Assembly (NCBI GenBank): GCA_964628235.1
Contig: CAZVLU010000012.1
Coordinates: 9,108-73,107, forward strand
Direction of reading: 5' to 3'
Origin: an uncultured Rhizobium sp.
GTDB taxonomy: Bacteria > Pseudomonadota > Alphaproteobacteria > SMXQ01
DNA: 64,000 bases
In this document: one piece after another, positions 8,648 through 18,315 of the stretch
Layout: every line of letters begins with the position of its first letter
How positions within the stretch are numbered: position 1 is the stretch's first letter
Position numbers and translations under genes: made by a program
Notes under the pieces: model-generated
What the model saw: only the letters and a program-made list of their open reading frames with translations
Database searches by the model: none
What the model was told of the DNA's origin: nothing

Positions 8648-9763
8648 ATGACGACGATGACTGATAGAGTAAAAGCGGCCGTGGCGCTTGAAGGCAAGAA
8701 GGTCGAGGTGCGCGAATTTGAGCGCCCCACGCCAGGGCCCGAGCATGGTCTTCTCAAGGTCGAGACGACCGGCGTTTGCGGCAGCGACTGGCCGTTCTAC
8801 CTGAATTCCCCCAAGGTCAAAGGACCGCTGATTCTCGGACACGAAACCGTCGGTATCGTGGAAGAGCTCGGCGGCTCCGTTCCTTGGGGGGTTAAGGAGG
8901 GCGACCGCGTGGCTCTTGAGGAGTACATCCCTTGCGGCCGCTGCCACTACTGCTATAGCGGCGACTTCCGCCTTTGCAATCAGACGGATCTTAAGATCGG
9001 CGCGCTGCGTTACGGTTTGATGCCGGTCGCATCCGCGCCCGCCTTATGGGGCGGTTTCAGCCAATATCAGCATCTCCATCCAAACACGGTTTTCCACAAG
9101 ATCCCGTCGCACCTGCCATCCACGACGGCAGCCATGGCCTTGCCGTTCGGCAACGGCGTCGAGTGGACTTACCTGCAAGGCAAGGCTGGCATCGGCGAAA
9201 CGGTCATGATCCAGGGGCCCGGACAACAGGGCCTTGCCTGCGTGGTCGCGGCTAAGGAGGCCGGGGCGGCGTGCGTCATCATCAGCGGCCTCGGCACCCC
9301 GACCGACCGCTTTCGTCTCGAAATCGCCCAGAAACTCGGCGCTGATTACACGATCAACATCGACGAGCAAGACCTACTCGATACCGTCTCCGACATCACT
9401 GGCGGCGAAATGGCCAATCTCGTCGTCGACTGTTCGTCCGGTGGGCCGGCCACCGTGGTATCTGCCATTCGCCTGGCAGCCAAGCGGGGGCGCGTGATGC
9501 TGTGCGGTCAGAAGCAGCGGCCAATCCCGGAATTCGACAGCGATATTCTGGCCGCGCGCTTCATCACCGTGAAAGGCATGCGCGGTCATAGCTATCAAGC
9601 AGTCGAAACGGCCATCCAAATCATGGCCTCAGGCCGATATCCCGTCGAGGCGATGAGCACGCACAAGTTCGGTCTCGGATCCGTCGACGAAGCCTTGCGG
9701 ACTGTGGGCGGCGAAGGATTGCCGAAGGCCTTGCATTGCACCGTCAACCCTTGGCAGGACTAG
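8648..9763 (+). CDS. Zn-dependent (MDR) alcohol dehydrogenase
   Basis: CGSD, GHE, CGRCHYC...C structural Zn motif, GPGQQG. Confidence 0.9.
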   Translation: MTTMTDRVKAAVALEGKKVEVREFERPTPGPEHGLLKVETTGVCGSDWPFYLNSPKVKGPLILGHETVGIVEELGGSVPWGVKEGDRVALEEYIPCGRCHYCYSGDFRLCNQTDLKIGALRYGLMPVASAPALWGGFSQYQHLHPNTVFHKIPSHLPSTTAAMALPFGNGVEWTYLQGKAGIGETVMIQGPGQQGLACVVAAKEAGAACVIISGLGTPTDRFRLEIAQKLGADYTINIDEQDLLDTVSDITGGEMANLVVDCSSGGPATVVSAIRLAAKRGRVMLCGQKQRPIPEFDSDILAARFITVKGMRGHSYQAVETAIQIMASGRYPVEAMSTHKFGLGSVDEALRTVGGEGLPKALHCTVNPWQD

Positions 9764-9774
9764 AGTTCCGACGG

Positions 9775-10845
9775 ATGCCTGTCACCAATCAGATCCCGAT
9801 CCTGCTGCTCACAGGCTTTCTTGGTAGCGGGAAGACGACTCTGCTCCAGAATCTGCTGCACCATCCGCAAATGGCCGATACCGCCGTGATCATCAACGAG
9901 CTCGGCGAAATTGGCCTCGATCATCATCTCGTGCAGGGCGCGATCGAAACGGTCCTCGTTCTTGAGAACGGCTGCGTCTGCTGCAATGTCCGTGACGATT
10001 TTGTCGGGGTGCTGAACAAACTGTTTTGGGATCGGCTTCACCACAAGATTCCCAAGTTTTCCCGGCTAATCCTCGAGACCACAGGCGTAGCCAAGCCGGG
10101 GCCTATCGTCAACGCGATCTTTGCCGATCCGCTCATCGCGGAGCGTTTTTCTCTTGAAGGCATCGTAACCACTGTTGACGCGGTATTGGCCGATCGGCAG
10201 CTCGACGAGTACCAAGAGGCAGTCGAGCAGGTGCGCATGGCCGACATATTGCTCGTCACCAAAACGGATCTGGTCGCGCCGCCGCTGGCCGACGTCCTTG
10301 AGCGCCGTTTGCACCGGCTTAATTCATGGGCCGCGCGAGAAAAGGTCGCGCAAGGACAGATCACGCCCGACCGGCTTTTCGGCCTCAACAAAGCCGCTCA
10401 TGAAAGGGCGGTGCTCCGACCGGCGCTCGAAGCAGCTCACGACCATGACCACGGTCTCGATCACGGCAATGCGCATGATCACGCATCTGCGCACGAGAAG
10501 CCTTTGCAGAGTTTTGCCGTGCGGTTGCCGCGTGAGATGTCGGGCGAAATCCTGATGTCCGCGCTCGCGGGAATTACCAGCGAGTTTGGCCACAAACTGC
10601 TCCGAATTAAAGGTATCGTCGGGCTGGCAGGGGGCGAGGGGCCATCCATCGTCCAGGTCGTCGGCACCACGATTTTTCCTCTGCAAGCTGCGCCGCCAAA
10701 CAGCGATGCCAGCCAAGAGCCCTACCTGATCTTTATCGCCGACGACATCGATCCTGCGAAGGTCTGCCAATCGCTGGAGAGGCGGTCCATCGCGCTGTCT
10801 CGCTACTCGACTGGTCCGTTGCTGGCCGATACCAGAACCAATTAA
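9775..10845 (+). CDS. CobW/COG0523 G3E metallochaperone GTPase
   Basis: GFLGSGKTT, NELGE, GCVCC, ETTG, His-rich linker, LLRIKG; start moved to ATG 9775. Confidence 0.9.
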   Translation: MPVTNQIPILLLTGFLGSGKTTLLQNLLHHPQMADTAVIINELGEIGLDHHLVQGAIETVLVLENGCVCCNVRDDFVGVLNKLFWDRLHHKIPKFSRLILETTGVAKPGPIVNAIFADPLIAERFSLEGIVTTVDAVLADRQLDEYQEAVEQVRMADILLVTKTDLVAPPLADVLERRLHRLNSWAAREKVAQGQITPDRLFGLNKAAHERAVLRPALEAAHDHDHGLDHGNAHDHASAHEKPLQSFAVRLPREMSGEILMSALAGITSEFGHKLLRIKGIVGLAGGEGPSIVQVVGTTIFPLQAAPPNSDASQEPYLIFIADDIDPAKVCQSLERRSIALSRYSTGPLLADTRTN

Positions 10846-10867
10846 CCCTTGCCCAGAAAGGCGTCTA

Positions 10868-11315
10868 ATGTCCTCCGAGAATTTGGTGATTGATCCGGTG
10901 CTGCGCACGGAAATCGAAGCGCTGATCATTGAGCATGCTTGGCCTGTCGACCACAACGAATCCTACCGCCTCGCCGATCTGTACACTGAGAACGGTCGCC
11001 TGCTCGGCGTCGGATCGGACAAGGTGGGCCGCAAGGCGCTGACGGAGTATGGCGCCGAGCGCGCCGGGATGGCAAAGCGCACGGCTCGTCATGTCATCAA
11101 CAACATCCGCTTGATCCGGGAGGGTGAAACCCGGATCAGCGGGGCCAGCATCATCATCCTATTTCGCGCAGATGGAGAAGAGCGCGCGCCGGCGGATCCT
11201 AATCGCGGTCGCGGACTGCCTCGAGAAATATGAGAAATGCGCGGACGGGCGCTGGCGTATCGCGGAACGCAAGATCGTCCTCGTTTTCGAATCGGAAGCC
11301 CATAAAGCCGGTTGA
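10868..11315 (+). pseudogene. SnoaL/NTF2-like protein with a +1 frameshift near 11201
   Basis: N-terminal part in ORF 10868..11233; C-terminal part (IAVAD...WRIAERKIVLVFESEAHK) in ORF 11124..11315. Both align with the intact paralog at 38987-39421. Confidence 0.8.
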
Positions 11316-11373
11316 TCGCCGGCGCCTCCGCCGCGATTAGCGGCTCGACTTCAATTCGTTGATGGATCTTCGG

Positions 11374-12378
11374 ATGTCAAAACTCTCTCTCAGCTACGCC
11401 GGCCATTTTTCGGACCGCGTCCAGGATCTTTATTACGGAGTCGTGAAGCCTGAAGCGATCGACCTGTGCTTCGTGCCGTTGCAGCCGTTCCAGGCCTTCA
11501 ATCGATTCCTGCGCGGAGAGTTTCACTGCGGTGAAATGTCCTTCTCGACTTTTACGATTATGACGGCGCAAGCCAAAGTAAAGGGCGAGAGCTTGCCGTT
11601 CGTCGGCATTCCGGCTTTCCCCTCGCGGACGTTCCGGCACGGCGCCATTTACGTAAACCGCAAGTCAAACATTCGCCAGCCGCAGGATTTGAACGGAAAA
11701 AGGATCGGCGTTCCGGAATATCATATGACTGCCGCCGTGTGGGCGCGCGGGATGCTGATGCATGAGTACGGAATCGATCCCGCCACGATTAAGTGGACGA
11801 CCGGCGGCATCAAGGATCCGGGCCGCAAGCCGATGATCTCAATCGATATCCCCAATGTCGACATTCGCCATGAGTCCAAGAAATCGCTGAACGATATGCT
11901 GGTGGCTGGCGAACTCGACGCCATGATAGCACCGCAGCATCCCCCGGCTTTGCGCGCCGGACATCCGGACCTCGGTCTGCTCTTCCCTGATAATGTCAGC
12001 GTCGAGCAGGCCTACGTTCGCAAGACGGGCTTGTTTCCGATCATGCATGTCGTCGTCATCCGGCGCGATGTCTACGAGCAGCATCCGTGGGTGGCGCTCA
12101 GCCTTTTCGAGGCTTTCGAGCGCGCCAAGAACAACTGTCTCGAACGCTTGAGCGTCGAAGAGCCGCCGGCCGTCTCGATTCCCTGGGCCTATCAGCTGGG
12201 GCGCGCCGTGGTCGAGATGCGTGGCAAGGACTTCTGGCCTTACGGGGTCGAAGGCAATCTCAAGGAGATCGAGGCGCTCTGCCAATACACCTGGGAGCAG
12301 GGGCTGGTGCCGACGAAAGTCGAGGTCGCCGACCTCTTCCCTGTCGGCTTCACCCGCGAGGGATCGCTACAGCTCTAA
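11374..12378 (+). CDS. 4,5-dihydroxyphthalate decarboxylase-like protein (Pht5/OphC family, PBP2 fold)
   Basis: EMSFS, IPAFPSRTFRHG, GVPEYHMTAAVWARG, FPIMHVVVIR, WPYG. Confidence 0.85.
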   Translation: MSKLSLSYAGHFSDRVQDLYYGVVKPEAIDLCFVPLQPFQAFNRFLRGEFHCGEMSFSTFTIMTAQAKVKGESLPFVGIPAFPSRTFRHGAIYVNRKSNIRQPQDLNGKRIGVPEYHMTAAVWARGMLMHEYGIDPATIKWTTGGIKDPGRKPMISIDIPNVDIRHESKKSLNDMLVAGELDAMIAPQHPPALRAGHPDLGLLFPDNVSVEQAYVRKTGLFPIMHVVVIRRDVYEQHPWVALSLFEAFERAKNNCLERLSVEEPPAVSIPWAYQLGRAVVEMRGKDFWPYGVEGNLKEIEALCQYTWEQGLVPTKVEVADLFPVGFTREGSLQL

Positions 12379-12408
12379 ATCGAACGGCATGAACGCAAGG
12401 AGCGCAGG

Positions 12409-13293
12409 ATGACAGGCATGGGTAACGTGGAAGCGCGAGTGGCGGGGCTGCATCGCATCGCGCTGACTGTTCCGAACCTCGAAGGAACCAGGCGCTTCTA
12501 CAGGGATGCTTGGCATTTGCTCGAGGCAGGTTTCCAGAAGCACTTTTACGCCTTCCGCACGCAAGCCTCGGGTCATGACGACTTTCTGCTTGCTGAGGGG
12601 CCGCGCGGCATAGATCACGTCGCTTTCGCGGTGGCATCGAATGAAGCCCTGCGCGAACTGTCAGGCCGTCTGGCCAGCGCTGGCTTCAAACCGGCGGAGG
12701 TCGAGCGTAACCGGCTATTCGCTGGCGATCAGCAGGCGGTCGCCACGCGAGATCCCGATGGCCGCTCGATATGGCTCGTGCTGAGGGACGGAGGCGACGC
12801 TGCCGCACTGGCTCCGGCGAAGGTTTCAGGGCCGCAGCGCATCGGTCATGTCGTCTTTTGGACCACGGTAAGCGCCGAAACCGAGCGTTTCTACGGTTTG
12901 CTGGGGTTCCAAGTCACAGACCGCACCAACGCCGGAATGTCCTTCCTACGCTGCAGCAACGACCATCATACAGTCGCCTTGGCGAAGAGCGCATCGGGCA
13001 AGGCCGGCATCCAGCATATCGCTTTCGATGTCGGCTCGCTTGACGAGGTGATGCGCAATTACGGCCGCTTGCGGACGATGGGCATCGAATGCGCCTGGGG
13101 CGTCGGCCGTCACGGCCCCGGCAACAACGTCTTCAGCTACTACGCCGATCCCGCCGGAAATTTCGTTGAGTACTACGGGGATATGGAGAAGTTTCCCGTG
13201 GGCGAAACCGTAGAGACCAAAATCTGGGGGCCCGAACACAAAGGCGACGTTTGGGGTGTGGCCGGCATCCCGCCGCTCGCTTTTCGCGAATGA
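12409..13293 (+). CDS. VOC/extradiol dioxygenase-family protein
   Basis: Two VOC domains; GHVV, FLRCSNDHH, QHIAF, GRHGPGNNVFSYYADPAGNFVEY. Confidence 0.85.
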   Translation: MTGMGNVEARVAGLHRIALTVPNLEGTRRFYRDAWHLLEAGFQKHFYAFRTQASGHDDFLLAEGPRGIDHVAFAVASNEALRELSGRLASAGFKPAEVERNRLFAGDQQAVATRDPDGRSIWLVLRDGGDAAALAPAKVSGPQRIGHVVFWTTVSAETERFYGLLGFQVTDRTNAGMSFLRCSNDHHTVALAKSASGKAGIQHIAFDVGSLDEVMRNYGRLRTMGIECAWGVGRHGPGNNVFSYYADPAGNFVEYYGDMEKFPVGETVETKIWGPEHKGDVWGVAGIPPLAFRE

Positions 13294-13380
13294 GGCCGGA
13301 CGGCACCCGGACTAAAGCGGCCTGTATGTCAATCCACAGCTATTCGATGAGCTTCATCGGATGAGATGAGAAAGACCGAG

Positions 13381-14838
13381 ATGAATCTGGTGACGAAGGC
13401 TGATCGCATGTTGATCGGCGGAGAATTGGTCGAAAGCGACAGCGGTGAATGGATCGACTCGACCAATCCCGCGACGGAAGAGGTCATCGGCCGCTTCCCG
13501 AGAGGCAAGGAGAAGGACATAGCACGCGCGGTCGCCGCCGCGGAGCACGCTTGGCCCGAGTGGAACGCCATGGGCGTGGGGGCTCGGGCTCAAGCCCTGC
13601 GCAAGTTCGGCCAGCTTATGCTCGAGCGCGCCGACGAGCTGCTCGAGGTCGAGGTCAGGGATACCGGCAACACGATTGCGCCGATGCGCGGCGACGTCCG
13701 CACCGGTGTTGAGGGGCTGAACTATTACGCCGGCCTGGGGTACGAGTTGAAGGGCGAGTCTATCCCGGCGACCTCCAATCATCTTCACTTCTCGGTCCGA
13801 GAGCCTTATGGCGTCGTCGGGCGCATCGTACCGTTCAATCACCCGGTCATGTTCGCGACAGCCCGCAGCGCCGCGGCTTTGATGGCGGGCAACGCCGTGG
13901 TTGTGAAGCCACCGGAAACGGCCTCTCTTTCCGCCCTCGTCCTTTCCGAGATCGCGCGAGAGGCTCTTCCGCCGGGCGTGTTCAACATCGTGACGGGCCT
14001 TGGCTCGGAGGCCGGCGCGGCGCTTGTGCGTCACCCGACGGTGAAGAGAATTGCATTCATAGGCTCGGTCGAAACGGGCAAGTCGATCCAACGCATGGCA
14101 GCTGAATCGGCGGTGAAGCACGTCACACTCGAACTTGGCGGCAAGAATCCGATGATCGTGTTTCCCGATGTCGATCCCAAAACTGTGGTCGACGCCGCGG
14201 TCGCAGGCATGAATTTCTCGTGGCAGGGCCAGTCTTGCGGCTCGACCAGCCGCTTGCTGCTGCATGAATCGATCCATGATCAAGTTGTCCAAGGCTTGAT
14301 CGAGCGCATCAACGCCATTCGCGTGGGAGATCCGATGAGCCCGGAAAGCCAGATGGGCGCGATCAATTCTAAGGGGCAGTACGAAAAGGTGCTGCGCTAC
14401 ATCGACATCGCCAAGTCCGAGGGCGCGCGGCTGCTGGCCGGCGGCGGCCGTCCGACCGGCCCGGGCTTTGAAAAGGGTTACTGGATCCGCCCGACCTTGT
14501 TCTCGGACGTCAAGCAATCGATGTGCATCGCTAACGAAGAGGTCTTCGGGCCGATCCTGTCGGTGATCAAATGGTCGAATTTCGAGGAGGCGATCAGCAT
14601 CGCCAATGCGACCGATCTCGGCCTGACGGCGTCGGTGTGGACACAAAACATCGACGACGCGTTGGGCGCCGCCCGGCAGGTGCGCTCGGGCTACATCTGG
14701 ATCAACTGCGTTGGCCCTCATTATCCCGCGATGGCCTACGGAGGAATGAAGAACAGCGGGGTCGGTCGGGAAGAAGGCATCGAGGAGATGCTGAGCTACA
14801 CAGAGCAGAAAGTTTTCAATGTTAGCATGCGGAAATAA
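13381..14838 (+). CDS. Aldehyde dehydrogenase
   Basis: PFNHP, FIGS, LELGGKNP, GQSCG, EEVFGP. Confidence 0.93.
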   Translation: MNLVTKADRMLIGGELVESDSGEWIDSTNPATEEVIGRFPRGKEKDIARAVAAAEHAWPEWNAMGVGARAQALRKFGQLMLERADELLEVEVRDTGNTIAPMRGDVRTGVEGLNYYAGLGYELKGESIPATSNHLHFSVREPYGVVGRIVPFNHPVMFATARSAAALMAGNAVVVKPPETASLSALVLSEIAREALPPGVFNIVTGLGSEAGAALVRHPTVKRIAFIGSVETGKSIQRMAAESAVKHVTLELGGKNPMIVFPDVDPKTVVDAAVAGMNFSWQGQSCGSTSRLLLHESIHDQVVQGLIERINAIRVGDPMSPESQMGAINSKGQYEKVLRYIDIAKSEGARLLAGGGRPTGPGFEKGYWIRPTLFSDVKQSMCIANEEVFGPILSVIKWSNFEEAISIANATDLGLTASVWTQNIDDALGAARQVRSGYIWINCVGPHYPAMAYGGMKNSGVGREEGIEEMLSYTEQKVFNVSMRK

Positions 14839-14966
14839 GCCGCATCGCCTTTCCGCGTGTGTGGATATCAAACCCGCAAACGCTGCCGCGGGCTGCTGCG
14901 CGCGCGATGCTGATGAAACAGTCAATGGCATAAATTTTAGCTGATCAAAAAAATGAGGGGGCTAGT

Positions 14967-15980
14967 ATGAAGGTTTTGAGGGCGATGTGGCTTGGACTAT
15001 TTGGCGTGCTCGGCGCCGGAGCGGCCCAAGCAGACAGTTTTTACAAAGACAAGCAGGTCAAATTGGTGATCGGAACGGCGGTCGGCGGAAGTTACGACTT
15101 CAGCGCGCGCATGGTCGGCCGCCATATCAATCGTCACATTCCCGATAAGCCGACGTTGATCGTGCAGAACATGCCGGGCGCAGGCGGCGTGATCGCTTGT
15201 AATTATCTCTACAATGTAGCACCGCAAGACGGCACTGCGCTGGGCGCGATCGTCCAGATCAATCCGCTTAACTACATGTTCAAGGATCCTGGCGTCCGCT
15301 TCGATCCGGCCAAGTTCCACTGGATTGGCAACCCGACCTCGTCGGTTAATCTCTATGCCGTTTGGCACACGGTTCCAGTGAAGACCGTGAACGAATTCCT
15401 GAACACGCCGGTCGTCTTCGGCAGCACCACCCGGACCGGCTCCGGCGGAGCTGAGATCCTGCTGCTCAACAACATCCTAGGCACGAAGTTCCAGCTGGTC
15501 ACCGGTTATAAGGGCGGATCCGAGATCGATCTCGCCATCGAGAGAGGCGAGGTGCAGGGGCGCGCGGCGCAATCGTTGGACGGCTGGAAGCTGACCAAGC
15601 CGGACTGGGTGCGCGACGGCAAAATCAAGGTTATGATACAGATGGGATTGGCGCGCGATAAGGAGCTGCCCGATGTGCCGCTGCTCACCGAGATTGCGCA
15701 GACCGAAGAGCAGAAGACGATTCTCGGTCTCTTCTCGTATTCCGTCGGTTTGGGACGCCCTATTATCGTTGGGCCTGACGTGCCTGCCGACCGCGTACAA
15801 ATTCTGCGCGAGGCTTTCCGCAAGACCATGGCCGATCCGGAATATCTTGAGGAAGCCGAGAAGGCGAACGTCGAAGTATCCGCGATTTATGGTGAGCAGC
15901 TTCAGGAGATCGTCAGCCGCATGCTGGCCACACCTGAAGCCGCTGTAAAGAAAGCGAAGGAAGCGGTGTCGGAACCATAA
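14967..15980 (+). CDS. Bug/TctC tripartite tricarboxylate transporter substrate-binding protein
   Basis: Signal peptide, FYKDK, GGSYD..AR, QNMPGAGG, GYKGG, AIERGEVQG. Confidence 0.9.
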   Translation: MKVLRAMWLGLFGVLGAGAAQADSFYKDKQVKLVIGTAVGGSYDFSARMVGRHINRHIPDKPTLIVQNMPGAGGVIACNYLYNVAPQDGTALGAIVQINPLNYMFKDPGVRFDPAKFHWIGNPTSSVNLYAVWHTVPVKTVNEFLNTPVVFGSTTRTGSGGAEILLLNNILGTKFQLVTGYKGGSEIDLAIERGEVQGRAAQSLDGWKLTKPDWVRDGKIKVMIQMGLARDKELPDVPLLTEIAQTEEQKTILGLFSYSVGLGRPIIVGPDVPADRVQILREAFRKTMADPEYLEEAEKANVEVSAIYGEQLQEIVSRMLATPEAAVKKAKEAVSEP

Positions 15981-15987
15981 TCCGCGG

Positions 15988-16044
15988 CTGCGTTAGGGAT
16001 ACGCGGCTGCGGATAAAAGCCGCAGCCGCGTATCCCTAACGCAG
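15988..16044. terminator. Perfect 25-bp hairpin (terminator or REP-like) after the operon
   Basis: CTGCGTTAGGGATACGCGGCTGCGG (15988-16012), 7-nt loop, exact reverse complement at 16020-16044; no U-tract. Confidence 0.6.
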
Positions 16045-16142
16045 GTGACAATAACGGCCGCGGCGTTTATCGATACTTTGTCGCAACACCTGGCCCCACC
16101 TTGCGCATGCCTTCACTCACGAAAGATCAACCGGGCCAGGGG

Positions 16143-17426
16143 ATGAAAACCGGCCGCAAGAAGAAAGCGCCGCCGGCGATGCAGGACACGCGTACCGACT
16201 ATGTCGATGCGAAAACTGCCGTCCAGATGCTGGGGATCAAGCTTCCGACTTTGTACGCTTATGTGAGCCGGGGGATGATCAGGAGCACTCAGGCTCCGGG
16301 CGACCGTCCGCATCTGTATCATAGACAGGACGTCGAAAACCTTCGCATGAACCGCCGCGGCAAAGCCGACAGGCTGACCCGCTGGGGCGCGGGCTCGACC
16401 CTGCCGACGGGCATCACGTCGGTCGGCCCTAAAGGGCCACGATATCGCGGTCGGCTTGCGACAGATATTGCGGACATGCGCCGTCCGTTCGAAGATTGCG
16501 TCGAGCTGCTGTGGACCGGCGTCCTACCTCAGCGCCCAACGCTATGGCCGGCGCCACAGATTCCAAAAGGCTTTTTGAGCTTCACAGAGACGCTGTTCGG
16601 CAATGTCATGAGGTGCAGCTCGCGCCAGATCCTCGGCCTGCTCGCAGGCGTATATGCCGCCTCTTTGGGACGCAATCCAGAAAGCAATCTTGCAACGCCG
16701 ATGATCGCTGGCCATCAGCTTCTTCAGATTTTGGCGCCGATCTTTGGTCTCCTCGGCAAGAAACGGCAATATGTTCTGCCAACGCGCGATACCTCGATCG
16801 CCGTTGTCATCGCGCAGAGTGCGGATGTGGCGCCGACTGAGCAAACGATCGCGGCGTTAAACGCTTGCCTCATCTTGAGTGCCGATCATGAGATCGCACC
16901 GTCGACTTATACGGCACGTGTCGCAGCTTCCGGAGGCGCGGATATTTTTTCTTGCGTGAATAGCGGCCTTGGCACGTTCGAGGGGCCGCTGACGGGGCTG
17001 GGATGCGATGAACCGGAACAGCTCCTGCGCGCTGCGCCATCGCCGGCCGTTTACCTCAAGCTTTTGAAGGATCAGCTGCACCGCAAGGAATCCCCTATGG
17101 GGTTCAACCACCCGCTATATCGCGAAGGGGATCCACGCGGGCGCTACCTGCTCAAAATGGCAGCGGAGATTCCCAAATCGACATCCTCCGCCCGCAACAT
17201 GCTCGCATGTGTGAACGCCGCTCACGAAGAACTAGATCTGATGCCAAGCCTGGCGGTCGGGTTGGCCGTCATGTCCTCTGCGCTAAAGCTGCCCAAAGAA
17301 GCTCCAGGCGCTCTCATGACGATCGGGCGCGTGTCAGGCTGGATAGCCCATGTATTCGAACAGCGTCTGGTAGGTGCCGTCATCCAGCCCAGAACCAGAT
17401 ACATCGGGCCGGGATTGTCAGATTAA
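16143..17426 (+). CDS. N-terminal HTH plus citrate synthase-like domain fusion protein
   Basis: LGIKLPTLYAYVSRGMI (HTH), YRG, ADHE, GFNHPLY..GDPR, GR.SGWIAH..EQ; the PNVD motif is replaced by PSLA. Confidence 0.85.
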   Translation: MKTGRKKKAPPAMQDTRTDYVDAKTAVQMLGIKLPTLYAYVSRGMIRSTQAPGDRPHLYHRQDVENLRMNRRGKADRLTRWGAGSTLPTGITSVGPKGPRYRGRLATDIADMRRPFEDCVELLWTGVLPQRPTLWPAPQIPKGFLSFTETLFGNVMRCSSRQILGLLAGVYAASLGRNPESNLATPMIAGHQLLQILAPIFGLLGKKRQYVLPTRDTSIAVVIAQSADVAPTEQTIAALNACLILSADHEIAPSTYTARVAASGGADIFSCVNSGLGTFEGPLTGLGCDEPEQLLRAAPSPAVYLKLLKDQLHRKESPMGFNHPLYREGDPRGRYLLKMAAEIPKSTSSARNMLACVNAAHEELDLMPSLAVGLAVMSSALKLPKEAPGALMTIGRVSGWIAHVFEQRLVGAVIQPRTRYIGPGLSD

Positions 17427-17530
17427 GTGCGATGGCGGCGCGAAACCCATAAACGTAAAACTCACACGCTGGCGGCGGACGCAGTCATCCATCCCGCCAT
17501 GGCGTTAGCCCGGAAGGAGCGAAAGGTTGA

Positions 17531-17962
17531 TCATGAAATCAGGTGAGGCTGGACGTTGAAGAGATTGTAGATGGCGCCGTGGGTGATGACGAAGTGCTGG
17601 GCTTGGCCCTGGGATTTAAAGCGCTGCATCTTTCGCTCTCGCCGTCGTACTGAGAGATGCGAATTCTCGGCCCTATTGTTGTCCCGTAACCGAACCGGGC
17701 GATGGCACGAGCGGCAACTCAAAGTCTCGAGCGCGGCACCGTAGGAAGGGAGGCCGTCCGTCACGATGCCAACTGGTACGTAGCCCTGTTTACTGAGAAG
17801 TTTCCGCAGCAGTTTCAACGCTGTGCGTTTGTTGCGGCGCTTCTGAACCAGCACGTGAGACCCTCGCCTTCCTGGTCGACAGCACGCCACATGAACATCC
17901 GTCGGCCGTTGATGCGGACGACCATTTCATCAAGATGAGACAGACCCGGGGCTGACAGCACC
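17531..17962 (-). mobile_element. IS6-family remnant (internally deleted, frameshifted transposase)
   Basis: HLDEMVVRINGRRMFMWRAVD, VTDGLPSY, NNRAENSH..VRRRERKM; end motif CTGACAGCACC at 17952-17962. Confidence 0.85.
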
Positions 17963-18315
17963 ATCGACCCGCGGGACGCCTCTCGTATCGGTGGGAAGAT
18001 GCGGCGCAAGCTGCGCGAACTGCCGGTCGGAAACCCAAAAGTGCGAACGCGTCATGACAAACTCCCTTCAAGGAGCTTGAATCATGCCAGAGCTGCCTTG
18101 GGAATCCCCTTTATGGGTCTGGGAGCTATGGCGGAAACTGGGTGATGACGGTTTGAGAAGGACGGCGTATCGAGGCGGGTGACGAAGCCCCAATTGCTCG
18201 CCTGAATTTGTGTTGTTGCTGTCGGCGCTTGCATTTTGACAAGGAGAAAATTGGACTCTAAGATATTTTACAAAAGACAATAAGCCACAAAGGCTCGAGT
18301 TCACAGGAGGCTAAA

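Noticed and set aside
7275-12378. Naming these genes ophA2/pht3 and ophC/pht5
   Set aside because: Only family-level motifs can be seen, and the operon differs from canonical phthalate clusters.
13354-14931. 525-aa minus-strand ORF (likewise 18355..19305, 44508..45704, 59553..60650)
   Set aside because: Antisense shadows of well-supported genes, expected in GC-rich DNA.
16143-17426. Housekeeping citrate synthase (gltA/prpC)
   Set aside because: It has an HTH fusion and lacks the catalytic Asp and one His motif.
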